Origin: an uncultured Pelagibacteraceae bacterium
GTDB lineage: Bacteria > Pseudomonadota > Alphaproteobacteria > Pelagibacterales > Pelagibacteraceae
Length of the DNA stretch: 64,000 nt
Direction: 5' to 3'
NCBI GenBank assembly: GCA_902580115.1
Contig: CACHJN010000004.1
Span: forward strand, 31,045-95,044
Under the pieces are notes generated by a model. It saw nothing but the letters and a program-made list of their open reading frames with translations, made no database searches and was not told where the DNA came from. Of this stretch, positions 1 through 10,274 are shown one piece after another. Numbering within the stretch: the first letter of the stretch is position 1; each line of letters begins with the position of its first letter. Both the position numbers and the translations under genes were made by a program.

Positions 1-479
1 TTTTTAGTGAAAGATCTTTTTTTAAGTAACTCTATTAATTCTATCTCTTTTTCGGTCAATTCTAAAGATAGATTATTTTGAGTTAATCTCCTTGAATTTT
101 TATCTAATTTATAATTATTTATTTTCAAAGATGAATTGGTTTTAAATTCCTTTTTAACTACATTGCTTACAACAATCTTATTAATTTGTTCAACTGAGGT
201 CGGTAAAGCTAATTTTTCTATATTTTCAAAACCTTTAACGTTGTTCGAATTATGGAAAATTATTTTATTAATATTTTTATTTTCAATTATATTGCTTAAG
301 TTTTTAGTTTTAAGCCCGTCTTCATGAATTAAGAGTCCCTGGCAACTTTCCAATAGGGTGTTCTCTTCCAGATCGTCAAGTATTTTCAGATTAAAATTAA
401 AATAACTTTTTAATTCAATTAAAGAATTATTAAATTCTTTATTTCCAAATGTTAAAATGATATTTTTTTTATTAGTCAT
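1..479 (-). CDS. OmpR/PhoB-like winged-helix protein with degenerate receiver-like N-terminus (3' end truncated by window edge)
   Basis: Not in the ORF track; read manually from the ATG at 479: MTNKKNIILTFGNKEF...YKLDKNSRRLTQNNLSLELTEKEIELIELL, where LTEKE resembles the OmpR-type wHTH start. Confidence 0.7.
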   Translation of the reverse strand, partial: MTNKKNIILTFGNKEFNNSLIELKSYFNFNLKILDDLEENTLLESCQGLLIHEDGLKTKNLSNIIENKNINKIIFHNSNNVKGFENIEKLALPTSVEQINKIVVSNVVKKEFKTNSSLKINNYKLDKNSRRLTQNNLSLELTEKEIELIELLKKRSFTK

Positions 480-969
480 GGATGTAATTTTAAAAAATAA
501 ATTTATCTATTTTAGAGATTATAAGGCAAAATGTGCCATCGGTAAAAGAGGAATTACGAGTAAAAAGGTTGAAGGGGATAAATGTACGCCAAGAGGTCGT
601 TTTAAATTTAAATATATTTTTTTTAGGAGAGAAAGAGTTAAGGATATTGACTCAAAACTTAAAGTCATTCCAATAAAAAAAAACTTTGGATGGTGTAATG
701 ATATTAGATCTAAGTCTTATAATAAATTTGTAAAACTACCTTTTAGCTATTCGGCAGAGAAGTTATTTTTAAAAGAAAGTATTTACGATATTATAGTTGT
801 TATTGATTATAATCAAAAACCAATTAGAAAAAAAAGAGGTAGTGCAATATTTATACATGTAGCTAAAAAAGATTACTCTCCAACTTTAGGATGTGTTGCT
901 TTATCAAAAAAAGATTTAAAACTTTTAATTTCAATTATTAATAAAAATACTTTTTTAAAAATAATTTAG
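478..969 (+). CDS. L,D-transpeptidase (YkuD-like) family protein
   Basis: GDKCTPRG and GSAIFIH...PTLGCVAL (His/Cys catalytic motif); start placed at ATG 478 rather than 457. Confidence 0.85.
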   Translation: MDVILKNKFIYFRDYKAKCAIGKRGITSKKVEGDKCTPRGRFKFKYIFFRRERVKDIDSKLKVIPIKKNFGWCNDIRSKSYNKFVKLPFSYSAEKLFLKESIYDIIVVIDYNQKPIRKKRGSAIFIHVAKKDYSPTLGCVALSKKDLKLLISIINKNTFLKII

Positions 970-1613
970 TTCCTTGATCCAAAAATAGCACTACCGACTC
1001 TTATATATGATGCGCCATATCTTATTGCCTGCAAGTAATCGGCGGACATGCCTATGCTAAGTTGTTTAAAATTTAATTGCTTGTTTAATTCAGATATTTT
1101 TTTGAAATATTTTTCTGGTTTTTTATCATTAGGAGGTATAGCCATTAAACCCAACACAGATAGGTTAAGTTTATTTACACAATAATCATGAAAATTTTTT
1201 AAATCATTTGTATCTACACCACCTTTTTGCTCTTCACTACCAAGGTTAACTTGAATAAAATAATTTAAGTTTTTATTTTTTTCCTTTTGTCTTTTACTCA
1301 GTTCATTGGCTAATTTTTCACTATCTAAAGAGTGAATAAAATCAAATATTTCAATAGCCTTTTTTACTTTGTTGGACTGCAATCTTCCGACCATATGTAG
1401 TTTTAAATCGCTTATAGTTTTTTTTAAGTCTCCCCATTTTTTTTCTGCTTCTTGCACTTTATTTTCTCCAAAGTGTTTGTGACCATGATCTATTAAAGGT
1501 TTTATATGATCCATTGGAAAAGTTTTACTTACTGCAATGATGTTTGGTTCATTTTGCATTAAATTATTTTTAATTTCTTGTTTTATTTTCTCGAAACTGG
1601 TTATTATATTCAT
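966..1613 (-). CDS. yggS: PLP homeostasis protein, YggS family
   Basis: IAVSKT, FGENKVQE, HMVGRLQSNK, SIGMSADY, RVGSAIFG motifs. Confidence 0.95.
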   Translation of the reverse strand: MNIITSFEKIKQEIKNNLMQNEPNIIAVSKTFPMDHIKPLIDHGHKHFGENKVQEAEKKWGDLKKTISDLKLHMVGRLQSNKVKKAIEIFDFIHSLDSEKLANELSKRQKEKNKNLNYFIQVNLGSEEQKGGVDTNDLKNFHDYCVNKLNLSVLGLMAIPPNDKKPEKYFKKISELNKQLNFKQLSIGMSADYLQAIRYGASYIRVGSAIFGSRN

Positions 1614-2189
1614 ATGTTGGTGTTAAAAAAAAAATACTACTTATTTGTAGAAAATACTAGGGAATTCAATTTTAATTTAATTAAAATTAGGAAAAAATTT
1701 AACATAATTTATAGAAATCAAAATTCTAAGGAAAAAATTGATGATCTTGCAAAATTTAGAAAAAATTGTAAGAAAAGCGGCATTAATTTTTACGTTGCAA
1801 ATAATACTAATTTGTTAACTAAACTAAAAGCTGATGGACTTTATATATCGGCACACAACAATCGCTTGATATTAAACATCTATTCTAAAAAAGGGTACAA
1901 AATTATCGGATCGGCTCATAATCGAAGGGAGATAAATATAAAGTTAAAACAAGGGTGTGAAGCTATTATATTTTCTAGGCTTTTTAAAACTAAATATAAT
2001 TATAAAAAAGGTCATTTAGGTATACAAAAGTTCAATTTTATCTCGTTAGAAAAAAAGTTTGAATTAATACCCCTCGGAGGTATTAATGAGAATAACTTAT
2101 GTAAATTAAATTCTGTTTTATCGGAGTCCTTTGCTTGTTTATCAGCTATAAAAAAAAAGCCGGCTAATTTAATTAACCGGCTTTTTTAA
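1614..2189 (+). CDS. Thiamine-phosphate synthase/TenI-like TIM-barrel protein
   Basis: IGSAHN and IPLGGIN motifs; likely ATG at 1614. Confidence 0.7.
   Translation: MLVLKKKYYLFVENTREFNFNLIKIRKKFNIIYRNQNSKEKIDDLAKFRKNCKKSGINFYVANNTNLLTKLKADGLYISAHNNRLILNIYSKKGYKIIGSAHNRREINIKLKQGCEAIIFSRLFKTKYNYKKGHLGIQKFNFISLEKKFELIPLGGINENNLCKLNSVLSESFACLSAIKKKPANLINRLF
2153..2187. terminator. Bidirectional intrinsic terminator between the thiE-like gene and the porin
   Basis: AAAAAAGCCGG-N13-CCGGCTTTTTT inverted repeat between convergent genes. Confidence 0.85.
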
Positions 2190-2207
2190 ATTTTTCTAAC
2201 TAACTAA

Positions 2208-3284
2208 TTAGAATGCAAGAGATAATGCAACGATTGTCTCTGTTGTATCATCACCAGCTGTGTAAGAGTCATTAGACATTTCTGAATTAGAAATACCTAA
2301 AGTTGCTCCACCTACTGTGTAAGATAAGTCAATAGTTGTAATTTCCATCTCTACATCTGATCTTGTTACAGTGTTAGTTGTTCCAGTTGCCTTATTTTTC
2401 TTCTCTGAATTTTCTTCAGTGTAAGAAATTGATAAGTTGTCGTTCACTGCAAAACCGATTGAATATGCATCGTTTTCGTAGTGTTGAACTTTAGCGGCAC
2501 TTTTCGTACCTGCGTTCATTCTCTCTGCTGGAGCGTGTAACGTTTCACCATAACCAATTGATACTTGACCAATTGAGTAATTAGCTGCGTATGAACCACC
2601 TTCTTGTTTCTGTCTACCATCTTTGTTACCCATTTCACCAAAGTCATAATATGAAGCTGATAAAGTTAGGCCATCGATTGGAGCCATTGTTATTGCGTAC
2701 TGTTTCATTTCGCCAGTTACATCACCATTTACTGAGTGAGAAGAAGCGTTTGCACTTCCACCTGCACCACCTGGTGTTAAACCTGCTTTGAAAGTCATAC
2801 CTAAAGGTAGTAAGTCTGCTGGAGCATGGTACTGAATGTTATTGTATGCACTAATGTTTGAACCATACTGCATAGTTGTTGTAGCAGCAGCGCCACCACC
2901 ATAACCGTTATCAGAACCTACGCCATAAGCAGAGTTATCAAAAGCGTATTTTGTTGATAGACCACACTCAGATACACAAATCTTAACTGTACCGTAGTCA
3001 GTACCGAATGCTAAGCTAGCATCGTCCTGTACTGTAGCACCGTCGATATCTTGTGCATATGACCATGTCATACCGTTATCTAGTTCGCCTGAAGCTGATA
3101 AAGAAAACTCGTTTGATATACCAAGTCCTTTACCAATCGCATTCGTACCAGATGTTCCCGTATTTCCTAATACTGTGTAAGTTGCCTTAACACCACCAGA
3201 AACTGTAAACTCACCAGCAAAAGCTGATGTAGCAATAGCTACTGAAGAAATAACTGAGAACAATAGTTTTGTTAATTTATTCAT
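2208..3284 (-). CDS. Outer-membrane porin (SAR11-type)
   Basis: Signal peptide (SAFA), Gly/Ser/Thr/aromatic beta-strand pattern, C-terminal Phe, strong AAGGAG SD, own terminator. Confidence 0.85.
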   Translation of the reverse strand: MNKLTKLLFSVISSVAIATSAFAGEFTVSGGVKATYTVLGNTGTSGTNAIGKGLGISNEFSLSASGELDNGMTWSYAQDIDGATVQDDASLAFGTDYGTVKICVSECGLSTKYAFDNSAYGVGSDNGYGGGAAATTTMQYGSNISAYNNIQYHAPADLLPLGMTFKAGLTPGGAGGSANASSHSVNGDVTGEMKQYAITMAPIDGLTLSASYYDFGEMGNKDGRQKQEGGSYAANYSIGQVSIGYGETLHAPAERMNAGTKSAAKVQHYENDAYSIGFAVNDNLSISYTEENSEKKNKATGTTNTVTRSDVEMEITTIDLSYTVGGATLGISNSEMSNDSYTAGDDTTETIVALSLAF

Positions 3285-3489
3285 TGTTTCTCCTTTGTTA
3301 AAACGTTAATTATAATTAACAGGCTATTTATCTACCTTTTGAAAGTTGAATTGTATTAAAAGATATTAAATTCTTTAATATTTTAACTATATGTTGTATA
3401 AATATCACACCCCAAAAAGCCTCTATATTATGCCTATTTTCATTGGATTTTAAATAAACAATGCTATTTAATGGTTTGTAAGCCAAAAA

Positions 3490-4005
3490 ATGAGAAAATT
3501 TATCAAAATCATAGCCTGTTTTTTTCTTTTTTCATCAATTGTATCGTGTGGAGGATTTAAAAAAGTAGACACTAGAAAAGTTCCAATATCTGGACCTGAA
3601 AGAGCTAAACAAAATGTAAGAGAAGGAAGAGGAATTGGTTTAGGTCAAATGGTAGGCAAAGCAAGAGGATCGACCAATTATGAATTTAGTACTTCTAATC
3701 CAATGTGGAGAGCTACATTAGATATTTTAGATTTTTTACCACTTAGCACTGTAGATTATTCTGGTGGAGTTATTATATCAGATTGGTACACGGATAATTC
3801 AAATAAAGATCAAGCTCTTAAAATTACTGTAAGATTTTTATCAAACAAAGTACAAACAAATAGTATTAAAGTTAATGTCCATAGAAAAAAGTGCTCTGTA
3901 AATCAGACCTGTAATGTTGAACTGTTCAAGTCAAGAATACAGGAAGAACTTATAGCATCAATTTTGAAAGAAGCTGCTATCTTGGAAAAACAACAAAAAA
4001 AGTAA
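3490..4005 (+). CDS. DUF3576 lipoprotein
   Basis: Lipobox-like IVSC; NPMWRATLDILDFLPL...GGVIISDWY; usual position upstream of leuS. Confidence 0.85.
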   Translation: MRKFIKIIACFFLFSSIVSCGGFKKVDTRKVPISGPERAKQNVREGRGIGLGQMVGKARGSTNYEFSTSNPMWRATLDILDFLPLSTVDYSGGVIISDWYTDNSNKDQALKITVRFLSNKVQTNSIKVNVHRKKCSVNQTCNVELFKSRIQEELIASILKEAAILEKQQKK

Positions 4006-4017
4006 AGTTTTGAGATT

Positions 4018-6546
4018 ATGGAAAGACTTAATTTTCAAGCAATTGAAAAAAAATGGCAATCTACATTTGAAAAACAAAAACTTTATAACAGTAAAAGTTC
4101 TAAAAAATTTTATTGTTTAGAAATGTTCCCTTACCCTTCAGGTAAAATACATATGGGGCACGTAAGAAATTACACGATAGGCGATGTAATAGCACGCTTC
4201 AAATTTATGAATGGATATAACGTTCTACATCCTATGGGTTGGGATGCTTTTGGTTTACCGGCAGAAAATGCTGCGAAAGAAAACAAATTACACCCAAAAA
4301 AATGGACTGAAAAAAATATATCAGAAATGAAAAGACAACTAAAGCTAATGGGTTTGTCAATTGACTGGGATTTAGAGGTTTCTACGTGTGATGAAAAATA
4401 CTACAAACATCAGCAAGAAATATTTATAGATTTTTATAATAAGGGTTTTGTAAAAAGAAAGGAGAACTACGTAAATTGGGATCCGGTTGAACAAACAGTT
4501 TTAGCTAACGAACAAGTTGTTAATGGAAAAGGGTGGCGGTCAGGTGCTGTAGTTGAACGAAAAAAACTTTCTCAATGGTTTTTCGACATTACAAAATTTT
4601 CAGAAGAGTTACTAAAAGGACTAGAAAGTCTTCAGAATTGGCCTGAAAAAGTCAAATTAATGCAAAAAAACTGGATTGGTAAGTCTGTAGGCTGTGAAAT
4701 TAAATTTAATGTTTTAGATGAAAATAAGCCAATTAATGTTTTTACGACTCGACCAGACACAATATTTGGAGCATCTTTTATAGCTGTGTCTGTAGATCAT
4801 CCTATATGTAACAAATTTTTAAAAGATAATAATTATAACAAATTTAAAGAAGATTGTTTGAAAGTTGGCACTACCGAAGAGGCATTAGCAAACGCTGAAA
4901 AAATAGGTTTTAATACAAAATTATTTGCTGAACATCCATTTATTAAAGGTAAAAAACTTCCAGTTTACGTTGCAAATTTTATTTTAATGGACTACGGAAC
5001 AGGAGCAATATTTGGTTGTCCCGCTCATGATCAAAGAGACTTAGATTTTGCAAAAAAATATAATCTTGAGATTACAGAAGTTGTTTCGGATAATCCTTCC
5101 AGACCAAAAAATTTTGATAAGTTATCAGAGGCTTATGTTGGAGATGGAACAATAATAAATTCTGATTTTCTTGACGGTTTAAAAGTTGATGAAGCTAAAA
5201 CTAAAATTATAAATAAAATTGAAAAATTAAAAATTGGAGAAAGAAAAATTACTTTTAGATTAAAAGACTGGGGGATCTCAAGACAGAGATACTGGGGTTG
5301 CCCTATTCCCATGATACATCTGGAAGATGGAACAGTTGTACCGGTTGAAAAAAGTGAATTGCCAGTGAAACTACCTGACGATATTGATTTAAGTCAAAGC
5401 GGAAATCCGTTGGAGAAACACAAAAGTTGGAAAAAAACTATTCATAAAAAAACTGGTAAGCCAGCAACTAGAGAAACAGATACTCTAGACACTTTTGTTG
5501 ACTCTTCTTGGTATTTCTTAAGATTTTGCTCCCCTGGGTTAAAATCTGAGCCTTTTGACATTGAAAAAGTTAATTACTGGATGCCAGTTGATCAATATAT
5601 TGGGGGCATAGAACACGCAATTCTTCATTTACTTTACTCAAGATTCTTTATGAGGGCTTTAAAAAAAAATAATAAAAAAATTAAAGACAGCGAACCTTTC
5701 AAAGGTTTATTTACTCAAGGAATGGTTTGTCATGAAACTTATAAGGATAAAAATGGAAAATGGTTAACTCCATCAGAAGTTGAAAAAAATTCCAATGGAA
5801 AATTTTTAAAAATATCTGACAAAAGTGAAGTTAAAGTTGGTCCTTCTGAGTCGATGTCTAAGTCAAAAAAAAACGTGATAGATCCTGAAAATATGATCAA
5901 AACATATGGAGCCGACTCAGTAAGATGGTTTATACTCTCCGACAGTCCTCCAGAAAAAGATATTCAATGGTCAAATCAAGGTGTAAACGCTGCCTATAAA
6001 TTTCTTCAAAAAATACATAATCTCTGTTGTACAGTTAATGAAAGAACTGAGAAAAAAAATATCCTTGATAAAGATTTTGATTTAAAAATGAACTCATATG
6101 TAAATAAAATTACTAAATCTATTAACGACTTCAACCTTAATGTAGTAGTGGCTAATGTTTATGAAATTTATAACTTGTTCAATGAACATCTAAAAAAAGA
6201 AATTAGTAACAAAAGTCTAAAGAATAACTTAACAATCCTTGTAAAAATGCTTATTCCATTCACCCCCCACATCGCATATGAATGTTTAGAAATATTAGGC
6301 ATTAAAGAAATTAAGACTTGGCCGCAAATAAATACAAAATTAATACTTAAAGAAAAAATTAAAATGGCTATACAAATTAATGGCAAAACAAGAGATGTGA
6401 TTGAAATAGAAAAAGGTGTTAATCAAAATTCTGTCGAAAAACTATGTAAAAGTAATATTAAAGTTAAAGATAAGATTTTTAATAAAACTATAAATAAAGT
6501 TATCTTTGTAAAGGATAGAATTATAAACTTTATTGTAAAACAATGA
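4018..6546 (+). CDS. leuS: Leucine--tRNA ligase
   Basis: [32 protein letters not shown]. Confidence 0.98.
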   Translation: MERLNFQAIEKKWQSTFEKQKLYNSKSSKKFYCLEMFPYPSGKIHMGHVRNYTIGDVIARFKFMNGYNVLHPMGWDAFGLPAENAAKENKLHPKKWTEKNISEMKRQLKLMGLSIDWDLEVSTCDEKYYKHQQEIFIDFYNKGFVKRKENYVNWDPVEQTVLANEQVVNGKGWRSGAVVERKKLSQWFFDITKFSEELLKGLESLQNWPEKVKLMQKNWIGKSVGCEIKFNVLDENKPINVFTTRPDTIFGASFIAVSVDHPICNKFLKDNNYNKFKEDCLKVGTTEEALANAEKIGFNTKLFAEHPFIKGKKLPVYVANFILMDYGTGAIFGCPAHDQRDLDFAKKYNLEITEVVSDNPSRPKNFDKLSEAYVGDGTIINSDFLDGLKVDEAKTKIINKIEKLKIGERKITFRLKDWGISRQRYWGCPIPMIHLEDGTVVPVEKSELPVKLPDDIDLSQSGNPLEKHKSWKKTIHKKTGKPATRETDTLDTFVDSSWYFLRFCSPGLKSEPFDIEKVNYWMPVDQYIGGIEHAILHLLYSRFFMRALKKNNKKIKDSEPFKGLFTQGMVCHETYKDKNGKWLTPSEVEKNSNGKFLKISDKSEVKVGPSESMSKSKKNVIDPENMIKTYGADSVRWFILSDSPPEKDIQWSNQGVNAAYKFLQKIHNLCCTVNERTEKKNILDKDFDLKMNSYVNKITKSINDFNLNVVVANVYEIYNLFNEHLKKEISNKSLKNNLTILVKMLIPFTPHIAYECLEILGIKEIKTWPQINTKLILKEKIKMAIQINGKTRDVIEIEKGVNQNSVEKLCKSNIKVKDKIFNKTINKVIFVKDRIINFIVKQ

Positions 6547-7019
6547 AAATAATTAAATCAGTAATTATTATAAGTGCATTTATTAGCATATTTTTTACGA
6601 GCTCGTGTTCGTATCAAAAAATGAATTCTGTTGACCAGAAAAAATTTTATATAAAAGAAATTACAGTTAACGGTGATTATAGAGAAACTTTTATAGTAAA
6701 GAAAAAAATTCAACGATTTTCAAACGAGAAAAGCGCAAATAGAATAAAAATTTTAATAGATTTAACCAAACAGAAAACTATTAAGGAAAAAAATATTCAA
6801 AACAAAGTGACCAAATATAATTTAGAATTATCGGCTGACGTTAAAATAATTGATTTAAACACAAACAGAGAAATACAAAGAGTATATAAAGCTAATCAGA
6901 CATACAATGTGGAGGATAGATATTCAAATACTGTGAATAATTCAAAAGAAGCAAACAATTCATTGATAGATACAATAGTAAATGAAATATTAGATCAATT
7001 AAGAATTTATTATAGTTAA
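6543..7019 (+). CDS. lptE: LPS assembly lipoprotein LptE
   Basis: Lipoprotein signal (SSC), size, conserved leuS-lptE-holA order. Confidence 0.75.
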   Translation: MKIIKSVIIISAFISIFFTSSCSYQKMNSVDQKKFYIKEITVNGDYRETFIVKKKIQRFSNEKSANRIKILIDLTKQKTIKEKNIQNKVTKYNLELSADVKIIDLNTNREIQRVYKANQTYNVEDRYSNTVNNSKEANNSLIDTIVNEILDQLRIYYS

Positions 7020-7020
7020 G

Positions 7021-8022
7021 ATGATAATTAAAAGTTTTGAAATCGAAAACAATATCAATAATATTTTAAAGTTTAATTTAATACTTATTTATGGTGAAAA
7101 CATCGGGTTAAAAGAAGCTCTAAAGAAAAAAATAATAAATTTTAATAAAAAAGCAGAAGTAATTAATCTTTATCAAGAAGACATAATTAAAAATAAAAAT
7201 ATAATTTCAGATGAAGTAAAAAATATTTCTTTATTCACTGAAAATAAAATTATTTTTATGAATCATACAAATGATAAGAATTTTTCTGACATAGAATATT
7301 TATTAGACAGGAAAGAAAACGTAAAAATTGTGCTTATAGCTGATTTACTTGATAAAAAATCTAAATTAAGGTCTCTTTTTGAAAAAGAAAAAAACTTAGC
7401 AATTATTCCTTGTTATAGTGATAATGACATTACTTTAAGAAAATTAATTCAAAAAGAGTTAATTGATTTTAAAAATCTTAATGCTAGTTCTGTTAATATG
7501 ATCTTAAACTATTCTAATTCGAATAGAAAAAACATTTTAAACAATATTGAAAAAATTAAATCCTATTATGAAAACAAAATATTATCAGAGGAAAGTTTAG
7601 AAACACTGCTTAATTCTGATAGAAATGAAATATTTGAAAATATAAGAGATGCAGCTTTAAATGGAGACAAAATTAAATTAAACAACTTGTTAGATAATTT
7701 TGCATTTTCTAATGAGGACACATTTATGTATTTAAACACTATAAATTATAGATTAATAAAACTTTTGGAGATACATAATCAAAATTTAGGCAAACAAGAC
7801 TCAGAAAATTTAGTTTCTCAAATGCGACCGCCTATATTTTGGAAAGATAAACCTGTGTTTATAAAATTGTTAAAAAGATGGGATAAACAAAGGGTTATTG
7901 ACGCATTAAAGTATTTGGGCAAAATTGAAAACAATATAAAATATAACACCGCATTAAATAATTTAACAATTGTAAAAAACACAATTACAAATATTTGTTC
8001 TAATTCTTGGACTTATTTCTAA
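7021..8022 (+). CDS. holA: DNA polymerase III delta subunit
   Basis: LIYGEN, SLF, SKLR, RPPIFWK motifs; synteny. Confidence 0.9.
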   Translation: MIIKSFEIENNINNILKFNLILIYGENIGLKEALKKKIINFNKKAEVINLYQEDIIKNKNIISDEVKNISLFTENKIIFMNHTNDKNFSDIEYLLDRKENVKIVLIADLLDKKSKLRSLFEKEKNLAIIPCYSDNDITLRKLIQKELIDFKNLNASSVNMILNYSNSNRKNILNNIEKIKSYYENKILSEESLETLLNSDRNEIFENIRDAALNGDKIKLNNLLDNFAFSNEDTFMYLNTINYRLIKLLEIHNQNLGKQDSENLVSQMRPPIFWKDKPVFIKLLKRWDKQRVIDALKYLGKIENNIKYNTALNNLTIVKNTITNICSNSWTYF

Positions 8023-8857
8023 GGAGATCTGACACAAGCTCTAATTGATCTAAATTTTTATACTCGACAGTTAATTTTCCTGAGTTATTTTTTTTATTCT
8101 TAATTGATACTTTTAAGCCAAGAGATCTCTCAATTTCTCTTTGAGCGTCAAAAATGTTTGGATCAATAGTAAATGATTTGGTGTTTTTTTTTTTAATATT
8201 CTCTATTGATCTTGCAGAAAGTTTTTTTGCAACTATTTCCTCTGCAATCGATGAAGCGTTTGGCATTCCTATTAAAGGTCTAGCTTGACCTGCTGTTAGT
8301 TCACCTTGTTCTAACATTGCAATAATATCTTTTGGAAGATTTAATAACCTTAAAGTATTGCTTATGTGACTCCTACTTCTAGACATCATAATTGCAATCT
8401 TATCTTGGTCATATCCAAATTCCTCATTTAGTCTTTTGTATCCTTTTGCTTCTTCAACAATATTTAAATCTTCTCTTTGAATATTTTCAACAATAGCAAC
8501 CTCTAAAGTTTCACTATCATTTAAATCCAGAATGGTAATAGGAACTTCGTGCAAGCCAGCCTTTTGCGCTGCTAGCCATCGTCTTTCACCAGCGACAATT
8601 TCATATGGTTCAGATGAAGATTTATTCTTGCGGACTGCAATTGGTTGGATAATCCCATTTTTTTTTATAGATTGAGAAAGTTCTTCCAATTTATTTTCAT
8701 CAAAGGTTGATCTAGGTTGATACTTATTTCTAGCTAGCTCTCCAATCAGAGCTTTTTGAGCGCCCCCTTCAATTTTATCAATATTTTCGGGCTTTTTTTG
8801 ATCCCCGAACAATGCTGATAATCCTTTTCCCAATCCTTTATTTTTCTTTGCATTCAT
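8000..8857 (-). CDS. parB: Chromosome partitioning protein ParB
   Basis: GLGKGLSAL, QPR, GERRW, ENIQREDL. Confidence 0.97.
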   Translation of the reverse strand: MNAKKNKGLGKGLSALFGDQKKPENIDKIEGGAQKALIGELARNKYQPRSTFDENKLEELSQSIKKNGIIQPIAVRKNKSSSEPYEIVAGERRWLAAQKAGLHEVPITILDLNDSETLEVAIVENIQREDLNIVEEAKGYKRLNEEFGYDQDKIAIMMSRSRSHISNTLRLLNLPKDIIAMLEQGELTAGQARPLIGMPNASSIAEEIVAKKLSARSIENIKKKNTKSFTIDPNIFDAQREIERSLGLKVSIKNKKNNSGKLTVEYKNLDQLELVSDLLRNKSKN

Positions 8858-9648
8858 GCTGCACTTCCTATTTTATTTGATTGATTTTTAAACTCTTCCG
8901 CCAATTTGAAATATGCCTTACTTCCACTACAGGACTTGTCATACGTTACACAAGGTTGGCCATGAGAGGGTGCTTCGGACAGTCTTACATTTCTTGGAAT
9001 TACAGACTGGTATACTTTTTCTTTAAAATAATTTCTTGCTTCTTTATCAACCTGAGATGATAACTTATTTCTTTTATCAAACATCGTAAGCAAAATTCCT
9101 CTAACGCTTAAAGATGGATTTAAATTAACTTTTATTCTGTCTATTGTTTTAACTAGTTGAGTTATTCCCTCTAAAGCAAAAAATTCAGTTTGAAGAGGAA
9201 CTAATATTTCATTAGCCGAAACTAAAGCCATTATTGTTAACAAACTCAATGAAGGTGGGCAATCTATAAAAATATTATCATATACATTTATTATTTCAGA
9301 GTTAGTTTTAAGAATTTCCTTAAGTATGAAGGCTCTATTTTCATCATTAGCAGTTTCGACTTCTAAGCCCGAAAGATTTACATTTGACCCAAAGATATCT
9401 AAGTTGCTGATATCAGTTTTTTGTAAACCATCTTTTAAATTTATTTTTTTTATAAGAAGATTATAAATATTTTTATTGTCATCGTTATTTGACTTTCCTA
9501 AACCAGTGGTAGCGTTACCCTGGGGATCTAAATCAATAACAAGATTATTTTGACCCATAATGGACAGTGAAGCAGCTAAATTAATAACAGTAGTGGTTTT
9601 ACCTACTCCACCCTTTTGATTTATAACAGCTATGATGTTCGGTTTCAC
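8854..9648 (-). CDS. parA: Chromosome partitioning ATPase ParA
   Basis: NQKGGVGKTTT, DLDPQGNAT, IDCPPSL, RLSEAPSHG. Confidence 0.97.
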   Translation of the reverse strand: MKPNIIAVINQKGGVGKTTTVINLAASLSIMGQNNLVIDLDPQGNATTGLGKSNNDDNKNIYNLLIKKINLKDGLQKTDISNLDIFGSNVNLSGLEVETANDENRAFILKEILKTNSEIINVYDNIFIDCPPSLSLLTIMALVSANEILVPLQTEFFALEGITQLVKTIDRIKVNLNPSLSVRGILLTMFDKRNKLSSQVDKEARNYFKEKVYQSVIPRNVRLSEAPSHGQPCVTYDKSCSGSKAYFKLAEEFKNQSNKIGSAA

Positions 9649-9653
9649 AAAAT

Positions 9654-10274
9654 TTATTTAGCATTTAGAATAATTATTTTAGAATCATTATTTGTAATGC
9701 TATTCTCTAATCTATACTTATAATTTTTCATCTGGGAAGTATTATTTATCTCCTCTTGTGCATTTTTTCCCTTCAAAATGATAATTTTATGATTTTTTAC
9801 ACATTTTTCACGTGAAATATTCAATATATAGGATAATTTTCGAAAAGCTCTACAAACTATATAATTGGAGTCAATTTTTACTGAATTTATGTCATTACGT
9901 ATAATGTTGCAGTTCAAACCTAAAATATTTGAAATATCAGTCAAAAATGACGATTTTACTGGAGATTTTTCATATAGTTTCACGTGAAAATTGAAATTTT
10001 GAAAGTATATAGCTAAAATAATACCAGGAAAACCGCCGCCGGTACCCAAATCAGCTATCCCTGAACAGCTTTTAACATCTATAAATTTAATTAATTGCGC
10101 ACTATCTAAGATATGCCTATCCCATATTTGTTTTTCAGTATTTTTCGATATTAAATTATATTTTTTATTATAAATAAGGAGTTTTTTTGCAAAATTATCT
10201 AATTTTTTTATCTTTGGAGGATCGAAATTTAAATCTTTAATGAGTATTCTTTTAACATTGGACTCGGTTATCAA
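9654..10274 (-). CDS. rsmG: 16S rRNA m7G527 methyltransferase
   Basis: [20 protein letters not shown]; lies between mnmG and parA. Confidence 0.95.
   Translation of the reverse strand: MITESNVKRILIKDLNFDPPKIKKLDNFAKKLLIYNKKYNLISKNTEKQIWDRHILDSAQLIKFIDVKSCSGIADLGTGGGFPGIILAIYFQNFNFHVKLYEKSPVKSSFLTDISNILGLNCNIIRNDINSVKIDSNYIVCRAFRKLSYILNISREKCVKNHKIIILKGKNAQEEINNTSQMKNYKYRLENSITNNDSKIIILNAK
9804..9819. promoter_or_regulatory. parS-like site 1 (TTTTTCACGTGAAATA)
   Basis: 14/16 match to the parS consensus TGTTTCACGTGAAACA, inside rsmG next to parAB. Confidence 0.8.
9976..9991. promoter_or_regulatory. parS-like site 2 (AGTTTCACGTGAAAAT)
   Basis: 13/16 match to the parS consensus with a perfect TTTCACGTGAAA core. 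Confidence 0.75.

Noticed and set aside
136-327. 63-aa plus-strand ORF
   Set aside because: Antisense shadow of the minus-strand wHTH gene that runs off the window edge
3300-3390. CtrA boxes in the porin promoter
   Set aside because: TTAA pairs are spaced N4-N6 rather than N7, and such words are expected by chance at this AT content
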